Shown: one piece after another, positions 38,806 through 52,300 of the stretch
How the letters are laid out: every line of letters begins with the position of its first letter
Position numbering within the stretch: position 1 is the first letter of the stretch
Assembly (NCBI GenBank): GCA_030704615.1
Contig: CM060731.1
Coordinates: forward strand, 22,382,001 to 22,446,000
DNA from: Takakia lepidozioides
Taxonomy: Eukaryota; Plantae; Bryophyta
Reading direction: 5' to 3'
Length of the DNA: 64,000 nucleotides
The notes under the pieces: model-generated
Told to the model about the DNA's origin: nothing
Seen by the model: the letters and a program-made list of their open reading frames with translations, nothing else
Databases searched by the model: none
Program-made: the position numbers and the translations under genes

Positions 38806-41448
38806 ATGGACCGCACTGTGTGTTGTTTCGAATTAGGACACACAGTGCATCCGACATTATTCGCGGGAGTAGTGAAATTGGGAGTCTGGAATCAGACCCG
38901 GTTGCTTGTTGGGAGTCTTTGTGGGGCCGACGTTATGAGTCCTAGCATGGTCACCATCACCACTGGTTCTAGAGGTAAAAAAGGAGAGGTTGTGCAATGG
39001 AACAAGGACATTTGTCGAATTAGTGGAGATGCGAGCACATTGTGTAAGGAGGGGCGATGGAATGAGGCAGAGCACATTCTGGATCTCTTGGAGCAACGGG
39101 GCTTCCAGGCTTATTCCGAGACGTGTCGTCGTCTTTTGCAGGAGTGTGCTGTGACAAATGCCCTGGCATTTGGCAAGGGCGTCCACGCCCACATTGTTAG
39201 AAGTCGATTTAAGCCAGACATTCTTCTAGGAACCACACTTGTGAGCATGTATTGCAAATGCGGGAGTGTCTTATATGCTCGCTACTTGTTCGACAATATG
39301 CCCGAACGGAATGTAGTCTCATGGACTGCAATGATTGCCGGGTTAGCTCAGCAAGGACATGGCATAGAGGCATTTGAACTGTTCTTGCAAATGAAACGAG
39401 AAGGCGTGAATCCAACCAAGGTCACTTTTGTGAGCATCCTGAGCGCATGTGCCAGCCCAGCTGCTCTGGAACAGGGCAGGTGGCTACATTCTGGAATCAT
39501 CGAAGACGGATTTGAGGTAGATGTCCGAGTGGGGACTGCTCTTGTCAGGATGTACCTCAAGTGCGGGAGTGTGGCAGATGCGCGGCGGGTCTTCTTGAAG
39601 ATGCCCAACCGCAATGTGATCACGTGGACTGTAATGATTGCAGGATCTGCTGAGCACGGTCTTTGTGAGGAGTCTTTTAAGCTGTTTAGGGAAATGCAAA
39701 GGGAAGGAGTTAGGCCAAACAAGGTCACGTACGTGAGTATCCTGAGCGCATATGCTAGCCCAGAATTTCTAGAACAAGGCAAGGTAGTCCATGAGGACAT
39801 CCTCAAAGATGGACTTGAATCAGATGTCTTTGTTGGGACTGCCCTTGTTACCATGTATTGCAAATGCGGGAGTGTGTGTGATGGGCGCCGAGTGTTCGAC
39901 AATATGCCTGAACGAAGTGTGGCCTCATGGAATACGATGATTGCAGGATGTGGTCTGCATGGTCATAGTGATGGTGCTTTCGAACTCTATCGGCAAATGC
40001 AAAGAGAAGGCATGAAGGCAGATAAGGTCACTTTTATTAGTATCCTGGGCGCATGTGCCAGTCCAGGAGCTCTGAAATATTGTAAATGGATCCATTCGGA
40101 CATCATCAAAGCTGGATTTGAGTCAGGTGTCGCCGTGCAGAACGCACTTGTCTGCATGTACTGGAAGTGTGGGAGTGTGGCTGACGCCCGACTAGTGTTC
40201 GACAAAATGCCTGAGCGAGACATTGTCTCCTGGAATGCCATAATTGCAGGACTTTCTCAGCAAGGGCGTGGTGCAGAGGCACTTGAACTGTTTCAGCAAA
40301 TGCAACTTGCAGGTGTGAAGCCTGACAAGGTGACTTCCATTAGCATCCTCAAAGCATGTGGCAGCCTAGCAGCCCTGGAAAAGGGTAAGTGGGTTCATGC
40401 CCACATTATTAAATCTGGATCTGAATCAGATGTTCGAGTGGGAAATGCTTTGGTTGACATGTATGCCAAGTGCGGGAAACTAGGGGATGCACGAAAAACG
40501 TTTGATAAAATGATTGAACAAGATGTGGTATCATGGACTGCGATGATCATTGGCTACTCTCTGCATGGAGATGGAAAGGAGGCCCTCCAGCTCTTTGAAC
40601 AAATGGAAGTGGAAGGGGTGAAGCCAAATCATATAACATTCACTGGTGTGCTGTCAGCATGCAGCCATGGGGGTCTGGTGGATGAAGGCTATCATTATTT
40701 TGACTCTATGAGTCGGGATCATGGAATCACGCCAACAGAAATGCATTACAGCTGTATGGTTGACCTTCTTGGCCGTGCAGGACGGCTGGATGAGGCAGAG
40801 GATTTTATCAACAATGTGTCATTTGAACCAGATGCTTCTGTATGGAGGCCCTTGCTTGGTGCCTGCAAAATTCATGGCAAGGTGGCTCTAGCAGAACGTG
40901 TTGCTGAACGTATTCTCAAGCTGGAACCACTGAATGCTGGAGTGTATGTCCTTCTTTCAAACATCTATGCTGTGGCTGGTAGGTGGGATGATATAGTTAA
41001 AGTGAGAAAAGTGATGAAGGTCAGAGGTGTGAAGAAGGAGCCAGGACACAGCTCGATTGAGGTCAAGAACAGGGTACATACATTTGTTGCAGAAGACAGA
41101 TCACACCCACGGACAGAAGAGATCTATTCCATGTTGGAAAGCTTGATCAGGCAGATGAAGGAGGTGGGATATGTACCAGACACACACTTTGTCTTGCAGG
41201 ATTTGGACCAGATTTCAAAGGAACAGACTCTCTGCCACCACAGCGAAAAGCTGGCCATTGCTTTTGGGCTCATCAGCACACCCCCAAGAACCACTATCCG
41301 GATAATCAAGAACCTTCGGATCTGTGGCGATTGCCACACTGCTTCGAAGTTCATCTCCAAAATTTCTGGGCGAGAAATTGTTGCAAGGGATGCCAACCAC
41401 TTTCATTACTTCAAAGATGGGAGGTGTTCTTGTCGAGATTATTGGTGA
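38806..41448 (+). CDS. PLS-class PPR protein with E and DYW deaminase domain (organellar C-to-U RNA editing factor); true start may be 38935
   Basis: Repeated L-S-P triplets, KKEPGHSSIE PG box, HSEKLA, CGDCH, terminal DYW; intact single-exon ORF. Confidence 0.96.
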   Translation: MDRTVCCFELGHTVHPTLFAGVVKLGVWNQTRLLVGSLCGADVMSPSMVTITTGSRGKKGEVVQWNKDICRISGDASTLCKEGRWNEAEHILDLLEQRGFQAYSETCRRLLQECAVTNALAFGKGVHAHIVRSRFKPDILLGTTLVSMYCKCGSVLYARYLFDNMPERNVVSWTAMIAGLAQQGHGIEAFELFLQMKREGVNPTKVTFVSILSACASPAALEQGRWLHSGIIEDGFEVDVRVGTALVRMYLKCGSVADARRVFLKMPNRNVITWTVMIAGSAEHGLCEESFKLFREMQREGVRPNKVTYVSILSAYASPEFLEQGKVVHEDILKDGLESDVFVGTALVTMYCKCGSVCDGRRVFDNMPERSVASWNTMIAGCGLHGHSDGAFELYRQMQREGMKADKVTFISILGACASPGALKYCKWIHSDIIKAGFESGVAVQNALVCMYWKCGSVADARLVFDKMPERDIVSWNAIIAGLSQQGRGAEALELFQQMQLAGVKPDKVTSISILKACGSLAALEKGKWVHAHIIKSGSESDVRVGNALVDMYAKCGKLGDARKTFDKMIEQDVVSWTAMIIGYSLHGDGKEALQLFEQMEVEGVKPNHITFTGVLSACSHGGLVDEGYHYFDSMSRDHGITPTEMHYSCMVDLLGRAGRLDEAEDFINNVSFEPDASVWRPLLGACKIHGKVALAERVAERILKLEPLNAGVYVLLSNIYAVAGRWDDIVKVRKVMKVRGVKKEPGHSSIEVKNRVHTFVAEDRSHPRTEEIYSMLESLIRQMKEVGYVPDTHFVLQDLDQISKEQTLCHHSEKLAIAFGLISTPPRTTIRIIKNLRICGDCHTASKFISKISGREIVARDANHFHYFKDGRCSCRDYW

Positions 41449-42619
41449 TAGTAAGCGAAATAAGCAGCAGACATAATTCTTCAGATTGTTTGGTCTTTGG
41501 GGTCAACATTAGATATTTGTTGACCACACTGGACGAGGGTTCTTCCTGACCTGTCCACGCTTGTGACTCGAGTTTCGAGTGGCTGGCGCCTCAGATTAGT
41601 AAACCCTTATATCTATTCTGGATGCAAGTCACAGTGAACTACAGGACACAATTCCAGGGAGTCTTTCAACAGTGAAGCCTCTCCTGATCAGGGCTCTGCA
41701 CACTTGCTTTCTGTGGATGCCATTCTCAGGTAATCTTGGTCTTTGTCTCCTTTCTTTGATTATCATAATCTTGCTTGTTACTTCTCTCCATTGTTTCAGA
41801 GATCTTTCTGTTCTCCAACTTTAATAACTCAGATAATTCATGCAGATGTAACCCCTCAAGTTGTGAGTAAGAGCCTAAGGGAGGGAGTAAGATATGCAGT
41901 TTGCCGTAGCCTTGTGGCCGTAGACCCCACAGAACAGATAGTTGCGAGGGTCTCACGCCGGTAGGGTGACTGACCTTGATAAAGACAATTAGTTCAGGTT
42001 TTCCAGATATCCTCTAGAAAGCCCTTCACACAAGCATCAAGTTGCTGTGTCTCAGCTGCCCATCAATTAGACCTCAACAGGGCCAGGGCTTAAGGCTCAG
42101 CCGCAAGATTTTCTAAGCTGGTGAACAGAGGTGTGGGTACAAGATATGTGAGTAAGATATGAAGAGACAGACAAAGTGAGATCATATGAAGTTCAAACCT
42201 GGGGATGGATGAAAAGGGAAGAGGAAATTTCGGTCACTCATGTTGTGATGGTTGTCTTCAGGTGGAAATTTTATCCTCTCTTCATAATCTTGCAGCAGGG
42301 GGTACCAGGAATCATCTGAGTGGAGATCAGTTGCCAAAATGGGGTAGAAGCTATCGACTTCTAGAGGACGTTGTTCTGCCGTCAAACACTTCAAATGTGA
42401 ATACTGCACACAAATGTGCAACTTCACCTATTCCGGGTCGTCTCTCCCCCTCAGTCAACAACTAAACAGGGAGCTACCCAAGACACGTGCACAATGCAAA
42501 ATGGCTAGATATGGTTCCACCGTGACATGTTGACAGGCTGGGTCGGAGATTGGGTGAGCCAGTAGCAAACTTGGCAGTCCCATTGTTGAGGGACATTCCC
42601 TCCAGTTGAACAAATCGCC

Positions 42620-42790
42620 CTCAACAGCTCAGGAAGTATCCCTGTAGAATTTGGAAATCTCACAGGTCTTGGAGGGTTAGGGTTAATGCAAAATATTTCT
42701 CTCTGGGGTTCTGCCTCAGGAGTCCATGGGATTCAATTCTTTCTACTACCAGTTTGAACAGCTTAATAGGGACAATTGCGACTTGGGTGA
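42620..42790 (+). pseudogene. Degenerate plant LRR fragments
   Basis: SGSIPVEFGNLTGL and LNSLIGTI read from this stretch. Confidence 0.35.
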
Positions 42791-43556
42791 GATCCAGGCC
42801 TTGGACTCGTCCTTCAGCAGAAATCAAATGGGGCTTACGGTGAGCTACTTTCAAACTTAAGTTTACTCTCTCCCCTCAGTTTATGGTTCAAGATGAATCC
42901 ACATTCTGAAAACCCTCCAACTGTAGATCAGATCTTTTTAGTACTTCTTTTGCTACGTTTAATTGCAAGTATGGAGATATCTCAATACTTATATGGATCT
43001 TTCTTCCTTATGGGTAATGCTGACATTCGGCAAGATAAAGCCAGTTCTGGTGGGTCAGATGACCAACAGTACTCGTCTTTTAAGTGTCCATCGTCATGAA
43101 AGCAGCCATCTGGGTGGCTGCAACTCATCACTTGTTTCATATCCTTTCAGCCGTTTTTGGTACTTCATATTTCTGAAAAGGTCACATGTATACTGAGAAG
43201 AACCAAAGAACAGCTCTCCTGGAGATCAGCACTTTGTTCTATTCAATACCTACCTATTGCCATTCACTAATTTGTCCACTGCACATCCAACCACATTCTT
43301 CACGTGGTCCACCTATACTGAAATTACACCAACTTTCAAAATGCTGGAATTTCATGTCCTTCACTCAGTTCACTGTCTGTCAGAATCTTTTATACTCGCT
43401 TTTCTTGCATTCTGCTCAGTACGTCAGTGCAAAAGTACGGAAGTTGCCCATTCTTACATGATGCCAACTGCATGGAATAGATGTTGGGAGGTAGATAGGT
43501 TGATAAGGCTAAGTATAGAGGTATTTAGCTTTTGTCTCCTTTGAACTTCTGTTGTC

Positions 43557-43628
43557 GGCCCCATAGTCTAGTGGTTACGACATTGGACTTTGAATCCAAG
43601 AGCCCGAGTTCGAATCTCGGTGGGGCCT
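43557..43628 (+). tRNA. tRNA-Gln(UUG)
   Basis: Acceptor stem GGCCCCA/TGGGGCC, anticodon arm TTGGA-CTTTGAA-TCCAA, T-loop GTTCGAATC, downstream T5. Confidence 0.95.
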
Positions 43629-44072
43629 TGTAAAAATCGCTGAGTATATACTCTAAAAGCTCTTTTTCCAGGGTTTAGCCATGCCGACCTTGCAGGATCA
43701 TTCCGATAGAAAAAATCTGCGTCCTGGCGGACACGGCTATGAGCGAGTGGGCCTAGGTATCATTGCGTGTTCTTTTTTTGATAAACATCATTGTCAATCG
43801 TCATAGAATGGAAATTTGAAAGAAAAGAAGTATGTATGTATTAATATTAAGTATGTATTAATATTATTATATCCTTAATATGTATTCCTTACATATATTT
43901 TATTTATAAATACATTCCTTAATATCTCCTTAAATATTAGTTTATTATTATTATTATTTTAAGGAAATGGGAGTGGACAATGGACACCCTTGAACTTTAT
44001 AAAAAGAGGAAAGAACAACATCCGCAAGGTACATAGACGAAAAACTAACCTCTGGAGGGTGCCATAGAGGCT

Positions 44073-44721
44073 TGTAAGATGGAGGGGGGATGCTAGAGTC
44101 TGAGCCTAGGAGCCTTGAGTGCCCAAGGCACTCAAGGAGGTGGAGCCCCGCACACCGGGTTGCGGTGGGGGTGGCTCCACAAGGGGTGGTGGTAGCTTAG
44201 CGGGACTTAGTGGGGGTGGCATAGGACTCACCATGGGGTGGAGACCTCGAGGTGGGAGTCGTGGGGAGTCTTGGGACTCATCACGGTCCATTGGGGCCGC
44301 GGTGAGTGGGCCAAGACTCACCGCGACTCACCACCGGGAATCGAGGGTCTTCGTGGTGGTTCGCCATAAAATGGCATGGCTGGTTGTGAAACCCTCGCGG
44401 ACAGCTACAGAAGTATATATAGGGAGTAGTAACCCCGAGAACGGTGCAAGCCCGTTGGTGACCAAAAACTAGTGAGTAAGCGAGCGAGCCGGAAAGCGAC
44501 CAAAGAGTGGGGAGCTGTTCCGGACTGCCATCTACCAAAGGGAATTCTCCTAGTCCCAATTAGGTGGAGGGTTTAGTGGGAAGCGAAGGGGGGACCGTTA
44601 TGTCCCGGTGAGCAGCCGAAGCTCCAAGTTGGCCCGGGCGGCCAGGTTGGGAGTCAGGCGCGCGCATCAAAGCGAGTAACTATGACTTGAAGGGGAGCTT
44701 ACCGAAGTGAGGTGCGCGACA
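44073..44721. mobile_element. Solo LTR (649 bp)
   Basis: TG...CA termini, 5-bp flanks AGGCT/AGGTT, internal TATATATA at about 44414. Confidence 0.75.
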
Positions 44722-45203
44722 AGGTTTCTGTTATTGAAGAAGAGGTGAAAAAAAAATCATATGGTCATCATGAATGCTTATTTAGGGTTTGTTTGTATAA
44801 AGGACGTGGAAAACAAATGAGCTGTCATTGTGAAACTTGTTCAGGTGCCTGTTATTCAAGAAGAAGTGGAAAAAAAAACAGATGGTCATCATGAAGCTCA
44901 TTTACGCAATGCTTCTGTAGAGGCCGTGAAAAAATAAAATGAGCTTTCATACCCACCGTTCCATGTTTGGCAGGCCCGCGAACAAAATATATATATATTT
45001 TGCTCGGGGAAATATTGGGGGTGGGGGCAGAAGTGCGTTGACGCACTCAATTTTAGAGGCTCGTTAACCAAACCCGATGGAAAAATAAACTACCTTTCAT
45101 AACGAGACATCGTCTGTTTGTCCAGATTTAAGAACTGAGTATACATGTTCTACAAACAAGGCAACCCTTTCCGACACTGCGAAAAATCGCAACATATGCA
45201 ACA

Positions 45204-48200
45204 CTACTCGATATTGCCAATGTCTCGCTGCAAAAGTGTCCGTACCTCACCAGGACCAAGTGTCGCCTGGTGAATGATTTGGTCTCTTTTGGGATCACAA
45301 TACATCCTGCGCATAAAGATGTAGTAAAGATGCTTGCAGGGAACCCATTTCCTTCTCTTTCCTAGAGCTTCCTCACGCATGCACACGAAGTCGGGACAAG
45401 TACACCCCGGAAAATTCCCCACCGTCACCTGATAGGCCCTGTCGTGCAAAACAGACCCAGATGTGACCAAAGTATAAACCCGTCCATACCCAGGTGAAGG
45501 TACTTCCATAGTTTATGTTACCCGAGCCTGAAGTAGTCTGGCCGATTCCACCTTCGCATCATGATCAGGCCCCGAAGCCACCCGATGCACTATTTTGCCA
45601 TTCCTTCTCGTGGGATGCGAAGTATCGTCTGGAGGAGGCACCATAGCAGCAAGGTCACCAAGAGTCGACGCCACAGATCGGTGCAGACAAAAACCGGCGT
45701 CCTCCAACTTGCCAATCTCCAGTGCTGTTAGGGAGGTCCCAGCCGCACTGGCCAAATGGTGGGTGGGGGAGGCTTAGCAATGCAGGAGTCGCGGACGGTA
45801 CCATTCACACAGCGAGCCATATCGTCCGGGCAAAACCAGAATTTGTGCGTCTTCGACTCCTTTGACATATATGGCCGAATCAAACCTATGAACGTCGGAG
45901 CTGGAGTACCCGCTGAGCCTTTGGCTATCATGGACTTACACTTTTCATAACTAATGGCCCTCACTGCAACACAGCCAACTCTAGACCTAGAGTAGTTCGC
46001 TCGATGTGCCATTCGGAGTCAGCACAAGGTGACTCCTGCACTGCCCCCCTGTGGTCCTGCTGGAAACCCGCAATTACAGGGGTTGCAGGTAGAGGACAGG
46101 TCTCTGTGGAAGAGGATGCACCAGCAACCTCTTTCCTACTAGACGCCATGCTTTGTAGTGGAGAAATCTTGGGTATAGAGAAGTTGTCTCTGTCATGGCA
46201 ATGTGAATCCGCATCTGATCCTGAAGGTGTATTTAGCTTGCGTTTGCAAGTCCCAAACCTTTCCTCTCCTTCCAGATGGGGCTCCCTTGATTGGAGAGGC
46301 GAGCCCATTGTGCACCTGTTCGTTGCCTTTGCCATGTTCGTTGGATCCCCGGACCTTCTTGCAGCCTTCAGTGTTTGTTGGGTTAGAGCTCGTACCAGAT
46401 CATCTATTGTAGCAATGTACAGATCTCTTTCTGCTTTGCCAGATTGCTGCTTCTAGGCGGCGTGAACGCTTTCTGCCAGGTGGCAGGACGACATGTCTGC
46501 AATGTCCTCAAGGGACATGTCATGTGAAAGGAAAATGAAAGAGCGTCATTCATGCAAGCGCGGACTGTTTTGGGAACAAGGAAAGAAAATACAAGGGATT
46601 GCAGAGGTGAAAGGCAGCTTACAGTAGTCATGAAAGCCCCCCATTGCCTGTATCTGAAGTGCCAGAAGACCAATCAGTCTTCCAATTCTTTGACACCGTC
46701 CTGATCAATAGCCCCTGACGAGAACCACCATGCTCTCACTGTCTGGTACATGGTCTCAGCCTCTTCCATTGTAGTCGCATTCTTGTACATGAAATAGAGC
46801 ATCATGTGCTCCGCCTGCAGATCTTTTCTGATGCACCTCTTCGTATGTTTCTGTAGGGACTGAGTCCAGTGGAATAGACATGTGCGCTCCCTATTAGGCA
46901 TGGGTACCTTTGGATCACCAGATCCAAAAACTCGGCGCACAGCTTTGAAGTTAGCCTGTGCACTATCCGCCATAAACCCGTTGAAATTTATGCCTGTATG
47001 TCCATTGGACTCCATGACTGAAAGCAAACAATTCCACATTATCATCTGGGACTCTGTATCTTCAGACTGCATGTCACAGATGGCAATTGTCATTATTCTT
47101 TGGTAGTTCGGGTCGTAAACATGGCAAGACATGGTTGTCCAGCCCTTCAGTCATTTGCAATGATCAAACATCATCCAGGCTTTCTCCAGATCCCCCCCTG
47201 GTTGCATACGTGTGGCCAGGCTGACGCCACTGCCCTCGCCCACTGTAGACATCTTGAACAAGTAAAACTTTGAAGACCCCTGACCCGGGAAGACGCTAGA
47301 TTGTATAAAGTCATATTGACTTATTTGCTTGAGCTCCATAATGCTATCGATGGACCCTGTGTTTCCACCGCGCACTCTCAATGCATTCACCTGATTCCTA
47401 ATATTGGGGGAGCTCAACACGGAGAAGTGATCCATCACTGCATCCAAAGACGCCCCCTCAAGTCTTGAGCTGGATTCGCTTCCTTGCCCCAGAATGTGCC
47501 TCTCTAGGAAACTTTTGCTGGCAGCCAGCGCTATGGCAGATGGTTTGGTTGAAGGGGACTTTGCAAACTCCTCCACGACAAGCCCACGCGCCAACAGAAC
47601 ACTATCTCTGCAATCGCCGTGAGACACAGGATGGTCGTGAGTCCCAAAATGAATGTAGGCTCGAGTCATGGTTTTGCAACGGTGAGTAACGTAGTACATG
47701 CGAGCAGGGCAATGTGCAATGCAGGAGGGGGCCACCTTGCAGAACTTACAAACAAATGTACCGGCAGACGGTGGGGCACAGCCTGGGATAAAAGGATTGT
47801 CGGAGAGTCCTTCCCACTCACTCTCATTTTTAGCACCGCTCTTCATGAAACCCAGGCAACTTGCATTCACACATCTCAGATGCCCCACACAAACGCTCCT
47901 TCTGAATGTCAAGTTTACATCGTTGTGGATATTGGACGTTTTGGTTCTGCACCATGGATGGCCGTCATGCTTTTTATCCATTCCTTGCAAGAGACCTGAG
48001 AGGCCCCTAGTATAAGTTGGTGGATTCAGTTCAAAGAGGATGTCACCGTCGAAGGAAGGTGGAAGGAAAGGAACCCTTTTTGTTGCGAATGAATCCCACA
48101 GTATCTCTGCGATCTCGTTTTTGGATCCTGGTTTTCCTGACAATGCTTTCAGATGTGGGATGACGCTAATGATTTCATGAACATCGACGTCCCCTTCAGG

Positions 48201-48818
48201 AAGACTGTTCATGGGAGCCAGTATTTCCGCCAATTCATCATCCGAGGAATCCGACAGTCTCACAAAAGTTGTTGAAGTGGTGTCCTCCTGCTTCACAGTC
48301 ACATGCCGCTTTCCTTGAATGACAGAGGCAGTTGTCCCAGGAGTCACAATGGAGCCACCGGATTGTCTCCTTTCACTTCGGAACACACGATATTTTCCAG
48401 GAAGAACTCTCCATTCCTTGTGTTTCTGTGCAACGTGCGGTTTCTGGAACAACGTTCTTTGAACGTTTCCCTCCAAGTCATAGATCTCTTTCTCGATAGA
48501 AGCACAACCAATGTCAAGCTTGAACCTTGCTGCCAGAACATGCTCCTCCACCACAACAAAACCATCATCTTCAACCGAGGCACTGAAAGGGCAAGGTTCT
48601 TCAGTATACTGAAACTCGACGAAGGCCACGTCATTAGGAGAAGCCATGTGGTGAACATACGATGGTGAGTACCAATACAACTGTGCGACATGGACAGGTA
48701 AAAACCTTCCGGAGGCGATTGCCAAATCCCAAAAATGTTTGCTAAGACAAGAGGCAGTTGTACAACTGGCCCCACACATTAACCAATAACGGTCAAGGGT
48801 ATTGAACCACACCGCCAA
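45204..48818 (-). pseudogene. Mutator-type transposase with GCM-like N-terminal domain, DDE core and SWIM finger (stops, frameshifts, one intron at about 46497-46622)
   Basis: GHPWCRTKTSNIHN..RSVCVGHLRC..CKFC..HFGTHDHP (GCM/WRKY-like); MMFDH (D1); FMADSA (D2); CLFHW (CxxH); LAESVH (E); CTCPDF...PCKHL (SWIM). Confidence 0.85.
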
Positions 48819-49395
48819 AACAGTTGGGCAGTTGCCAAATTGATGGAGAAGGGAACAAAACTGTTTATTTTGTTAGTGTCAAACCACCGGGAAAAGACGG
48901 CGCCTTCTTGGATATGGCAATCCAATTTGCGTTTTGCGGCGTTCCACAACGTGAACCCGGACAGTGCATTGAGTGCCGAACCCGGGAAATATCCGACGCC
49001 GGATGAACGCGGACATGGCGTTCCTAACGTTATGTATGTTTTCGTTTTGAAGAAGGCAAAATCCGTGTATGATAGGGCGATGGCATGCCTCATGTGCGCA
49101 ATATTTCATCCAAATCACAAAACATCCACATTTGAAGAAAACAGCCTTATTGATGGCATTAGGGGCTCCCAATAAACCGCAGCCAGTGAGATCGATCCAT
49201 TTGGGGGGTTAGAAGGTAGACACGCACGTCCTTAACCACATGCTAACTGACGGCTTTAGAGGGTTCATTACTTTCTCTATTGTTGTTAGTCAAGCTGGAG
49301 AGCTGCGGGAGTGAGAGAGAAGACATAGTAAGAAGACGTAGAAGGCAGTCCCTTTACTCACGAGTGCGAGAGAGAGGAAAAACGCGCGAGTCAGA

Positions 49396-52300
49396 ATGAG
49401 AAAGTTGCGCAATCTGCAAAACACTGATGAGCAGGTTGCACAGGATACGTCAACCCACGAATCAAAACAGATCACAGAGGCAGGCCAGCCTGAAATGGAG
49501 GCAAGAAGGGAAGGGGAGGAGACTGCCACGGAGACCATTGTGCATGACATGGACATCGACACCACCACCGTTGGTGAGAAAGAAGCGACACCAAGGGAAG
49601 CTGTGAGGATGCAGCAAGAAGAGGCATCGGGAAGTGGTGTCATGAAACCCAGGGTAATCCTTCTCCAAAATTGCATGAATCTCGCTTGACTGTCGTACCA
49701 AGTGCATAGACAGGATACGAGAGATCCCCGGAAAATTGGGTGCGGCACCGCACTCAGTTTTGAGGGGAGCTCTATTACTTCCATTGTAGGCCGAGGTGAA
49801 TAAGTAAGTCTTAGAGGCAGCAGGATCTGAAACGGAAGCCTGAGAGGGACACGGGGAAACTGAGTGCGGTGGCGCACTCATTTCAACTGGATGATGGGCG
49901 ATCGCTTGGGCATTAGGGAAAGAGGAAGGTGATGTTCACAGTTTAAGTCCGAGAGACAGTGGAGTAGTCACCCTGAACTGAGTGCGCCACCGCACTCAAT
50001 TTCTAAGCTCTATGGAATCATTGAGTTGCTATTGACTGAGGTGAACGGTAGATAGAAAGTGCGTTTATTCCATAGTGAGATCACTTATGAGTTCTAAGAA
50101 TCACATTAAGTCTAACCTGGAAACTGAGTGCGTTGGCGCACACAGTTCAGAGGTGTGATCGACAATGTTTTGGACAGACGTGAAGATCCCAATGAACTCA
50201 AAACAGAAGTAGGCAGACAGAATGGATGGCTCCCAGAACTGAGTGCGCCACCGCACTCAGTTTCGGATCACCATAGAATGGTCAGTTTGCTTATGAGAGA
50301 GGTGAAACGAAAGTTAGAAAGTGTGTTTCATTCAAAGTGAGATCTATTCTCAGTTTTCAGATAGACAGAAATGATAACCTTGAAACTGAGTGCGGTGGCG
50401 CACTCAGTTCTGAGGTGAGGTCGACCATCTTCGGGGACAGAGGTAAAGACCCTGGTGTGCTCGCAAGAGAAAGCAGAACAGAGTGGAGGGCTCCCAGAAA
50501 TGAGTGCGCCACCGCACTCAGTTTTTTGAGCACTGTAGATGGTTGATTTGATGATGTCTGAGATGAACTACAAAGTGAAAATGATTGTGGAAATTGGAAA
50601 ACATTCTTTTTTAGTTTTGGGGCGAACATCAGAACGCCATGGAAACTGAGTGTGGTGGCGCACTCAGTTTTAACAGTGGACTCGCAGATATTTGAAGACA
50701 GTATGTAAGTCGAAGTTGATTTGGAATCCGGTTTTAACTGAATATATATTTGTACAGTTTTGAGTGTGGTGGCGCACTTAGTTTCTGCCTCTAGAATGAA
50801 GCACACAATGTGGAAGAGGAAGTGACAAAGGAGCCATTGACTGAGTAGAGATGGAGTGCCTGCAATGAACATAATTTCATAGATGTCATGGAAGGTGTCC
50901 AAGAAATGAGTGCGTCACCGCACTCAATTCCGGTTGACAGGAAAAGAGGGTTATGTGTGTAGTTTTGGAGAACTGATGTTTGTCTGTTCCGATCCTTTGT
51001 CGGTCTTGAAAGTGAGTGCGCCACCGCACTCAATTCTTGTAGGTGCCAGATCAGGAAAATGTAGTTGTGGAATGACGAAAAGGCTGTAATTGTTGGAGGT
51101 GCAGGGGAGGAAAAGAAAAGGATTGCAGCCTGAGAAGCAGCAGCAGTAGGAGGAGGCAGTGACTGAGAAGCCTGTTGAAGAAGACGATCATTTCTACGAA
51201 GAAAGAGCGGCAAAGGTCCTCATGTACCAGAAGGTCAATTCCGCGCAGGTGATCAAGTCTATGCAGGTACCTGGAGGCAAGATTATGATCCCTCTCTGCC
51301 GCCTAATATCAATGCCAATCGTTCGACCTGCCCTGACAGGGGATGTGTCCAAGTTGGAGCAGGATTTTAGTCACGGATACATAGAGGGGTCTCCAGTGTT
51401 TTACGTGTCCTTGTGCGATGCCAGTGGATAGGAGGTCTTGGTGGACGAGTCAATTGTGAAAAGCTGGGAACCAATATGGCGAGAAGTAAACGAGGAGTTT
51501 GAAGCCCAGATTTCGAGGAGACTGTCCACACAGGTGTTCTCCGGGAAATGTTTCATATTTGGGATGGCAATCATCGCTTCATGGCCTGGATGAACGTCAT
51601 AAACAAATATCACAACACAGACGAGGACTGACACTACCTTGTGGCGTCCATGGTGCTGGATCCGAAAGGAAACGTCACAACACTTCTGACGGCTATGCAT
51701 GACATCAACAAGTAAGTATAATGCTCACCCTTCATGCCATCAGAATTCTCTGATTTGTTCTGTCTGTTTTGTATTTCGTGGTGAAGGAGGAAGTCATAGT
51801 GTTTGTGTGGGACTGCAGGGGAACCGAAAGTGCACACGTGACGACGAATTTGGTCCACACTCTATTCAGGATACAGAAGGTGGGCCAAATGCCACTGGTC
51901 ACCTTCAAAAACCTTATTAGTCTTGAGGCTTACAAGAAGTGCGAGACCTCCAAATCCGCCGACACATGGTACAAGCTCACCAGGGAGGTTTATTGTGACT
52001 ACATGTACGCTGTAAGTATTCCTTCCCTAGCTCTGTCTACTTGTTCATTCATAAAACCAGTTGACTAATAAGTTGTATACTGGAATGTTCAGCAAGAGAT
52101 TGCGGAGGCTGGAGAGAAAGGGAAAGCAGAGTACTATGCCAAAAAAGACCCAGGGGATTGATCCTCAAAAGGAGTGGAAGAATCTATGAACAAGGAGATG
52201 GAGGTGGTGAAGAGGCACTACATGAGCGCGTTCGTGAAACAACTCAGAATAGCTGACCCTGCTTTTGGCCCAGAGTTCTTGAATCAGGTCAGGATCCACT

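Noticed and set aside
49737-51032. True CRISPR array
   Set aside because: Eukaryotic intron, no cas genes, and spacers of 86-127 bp with alternate spacers homologous to each other.
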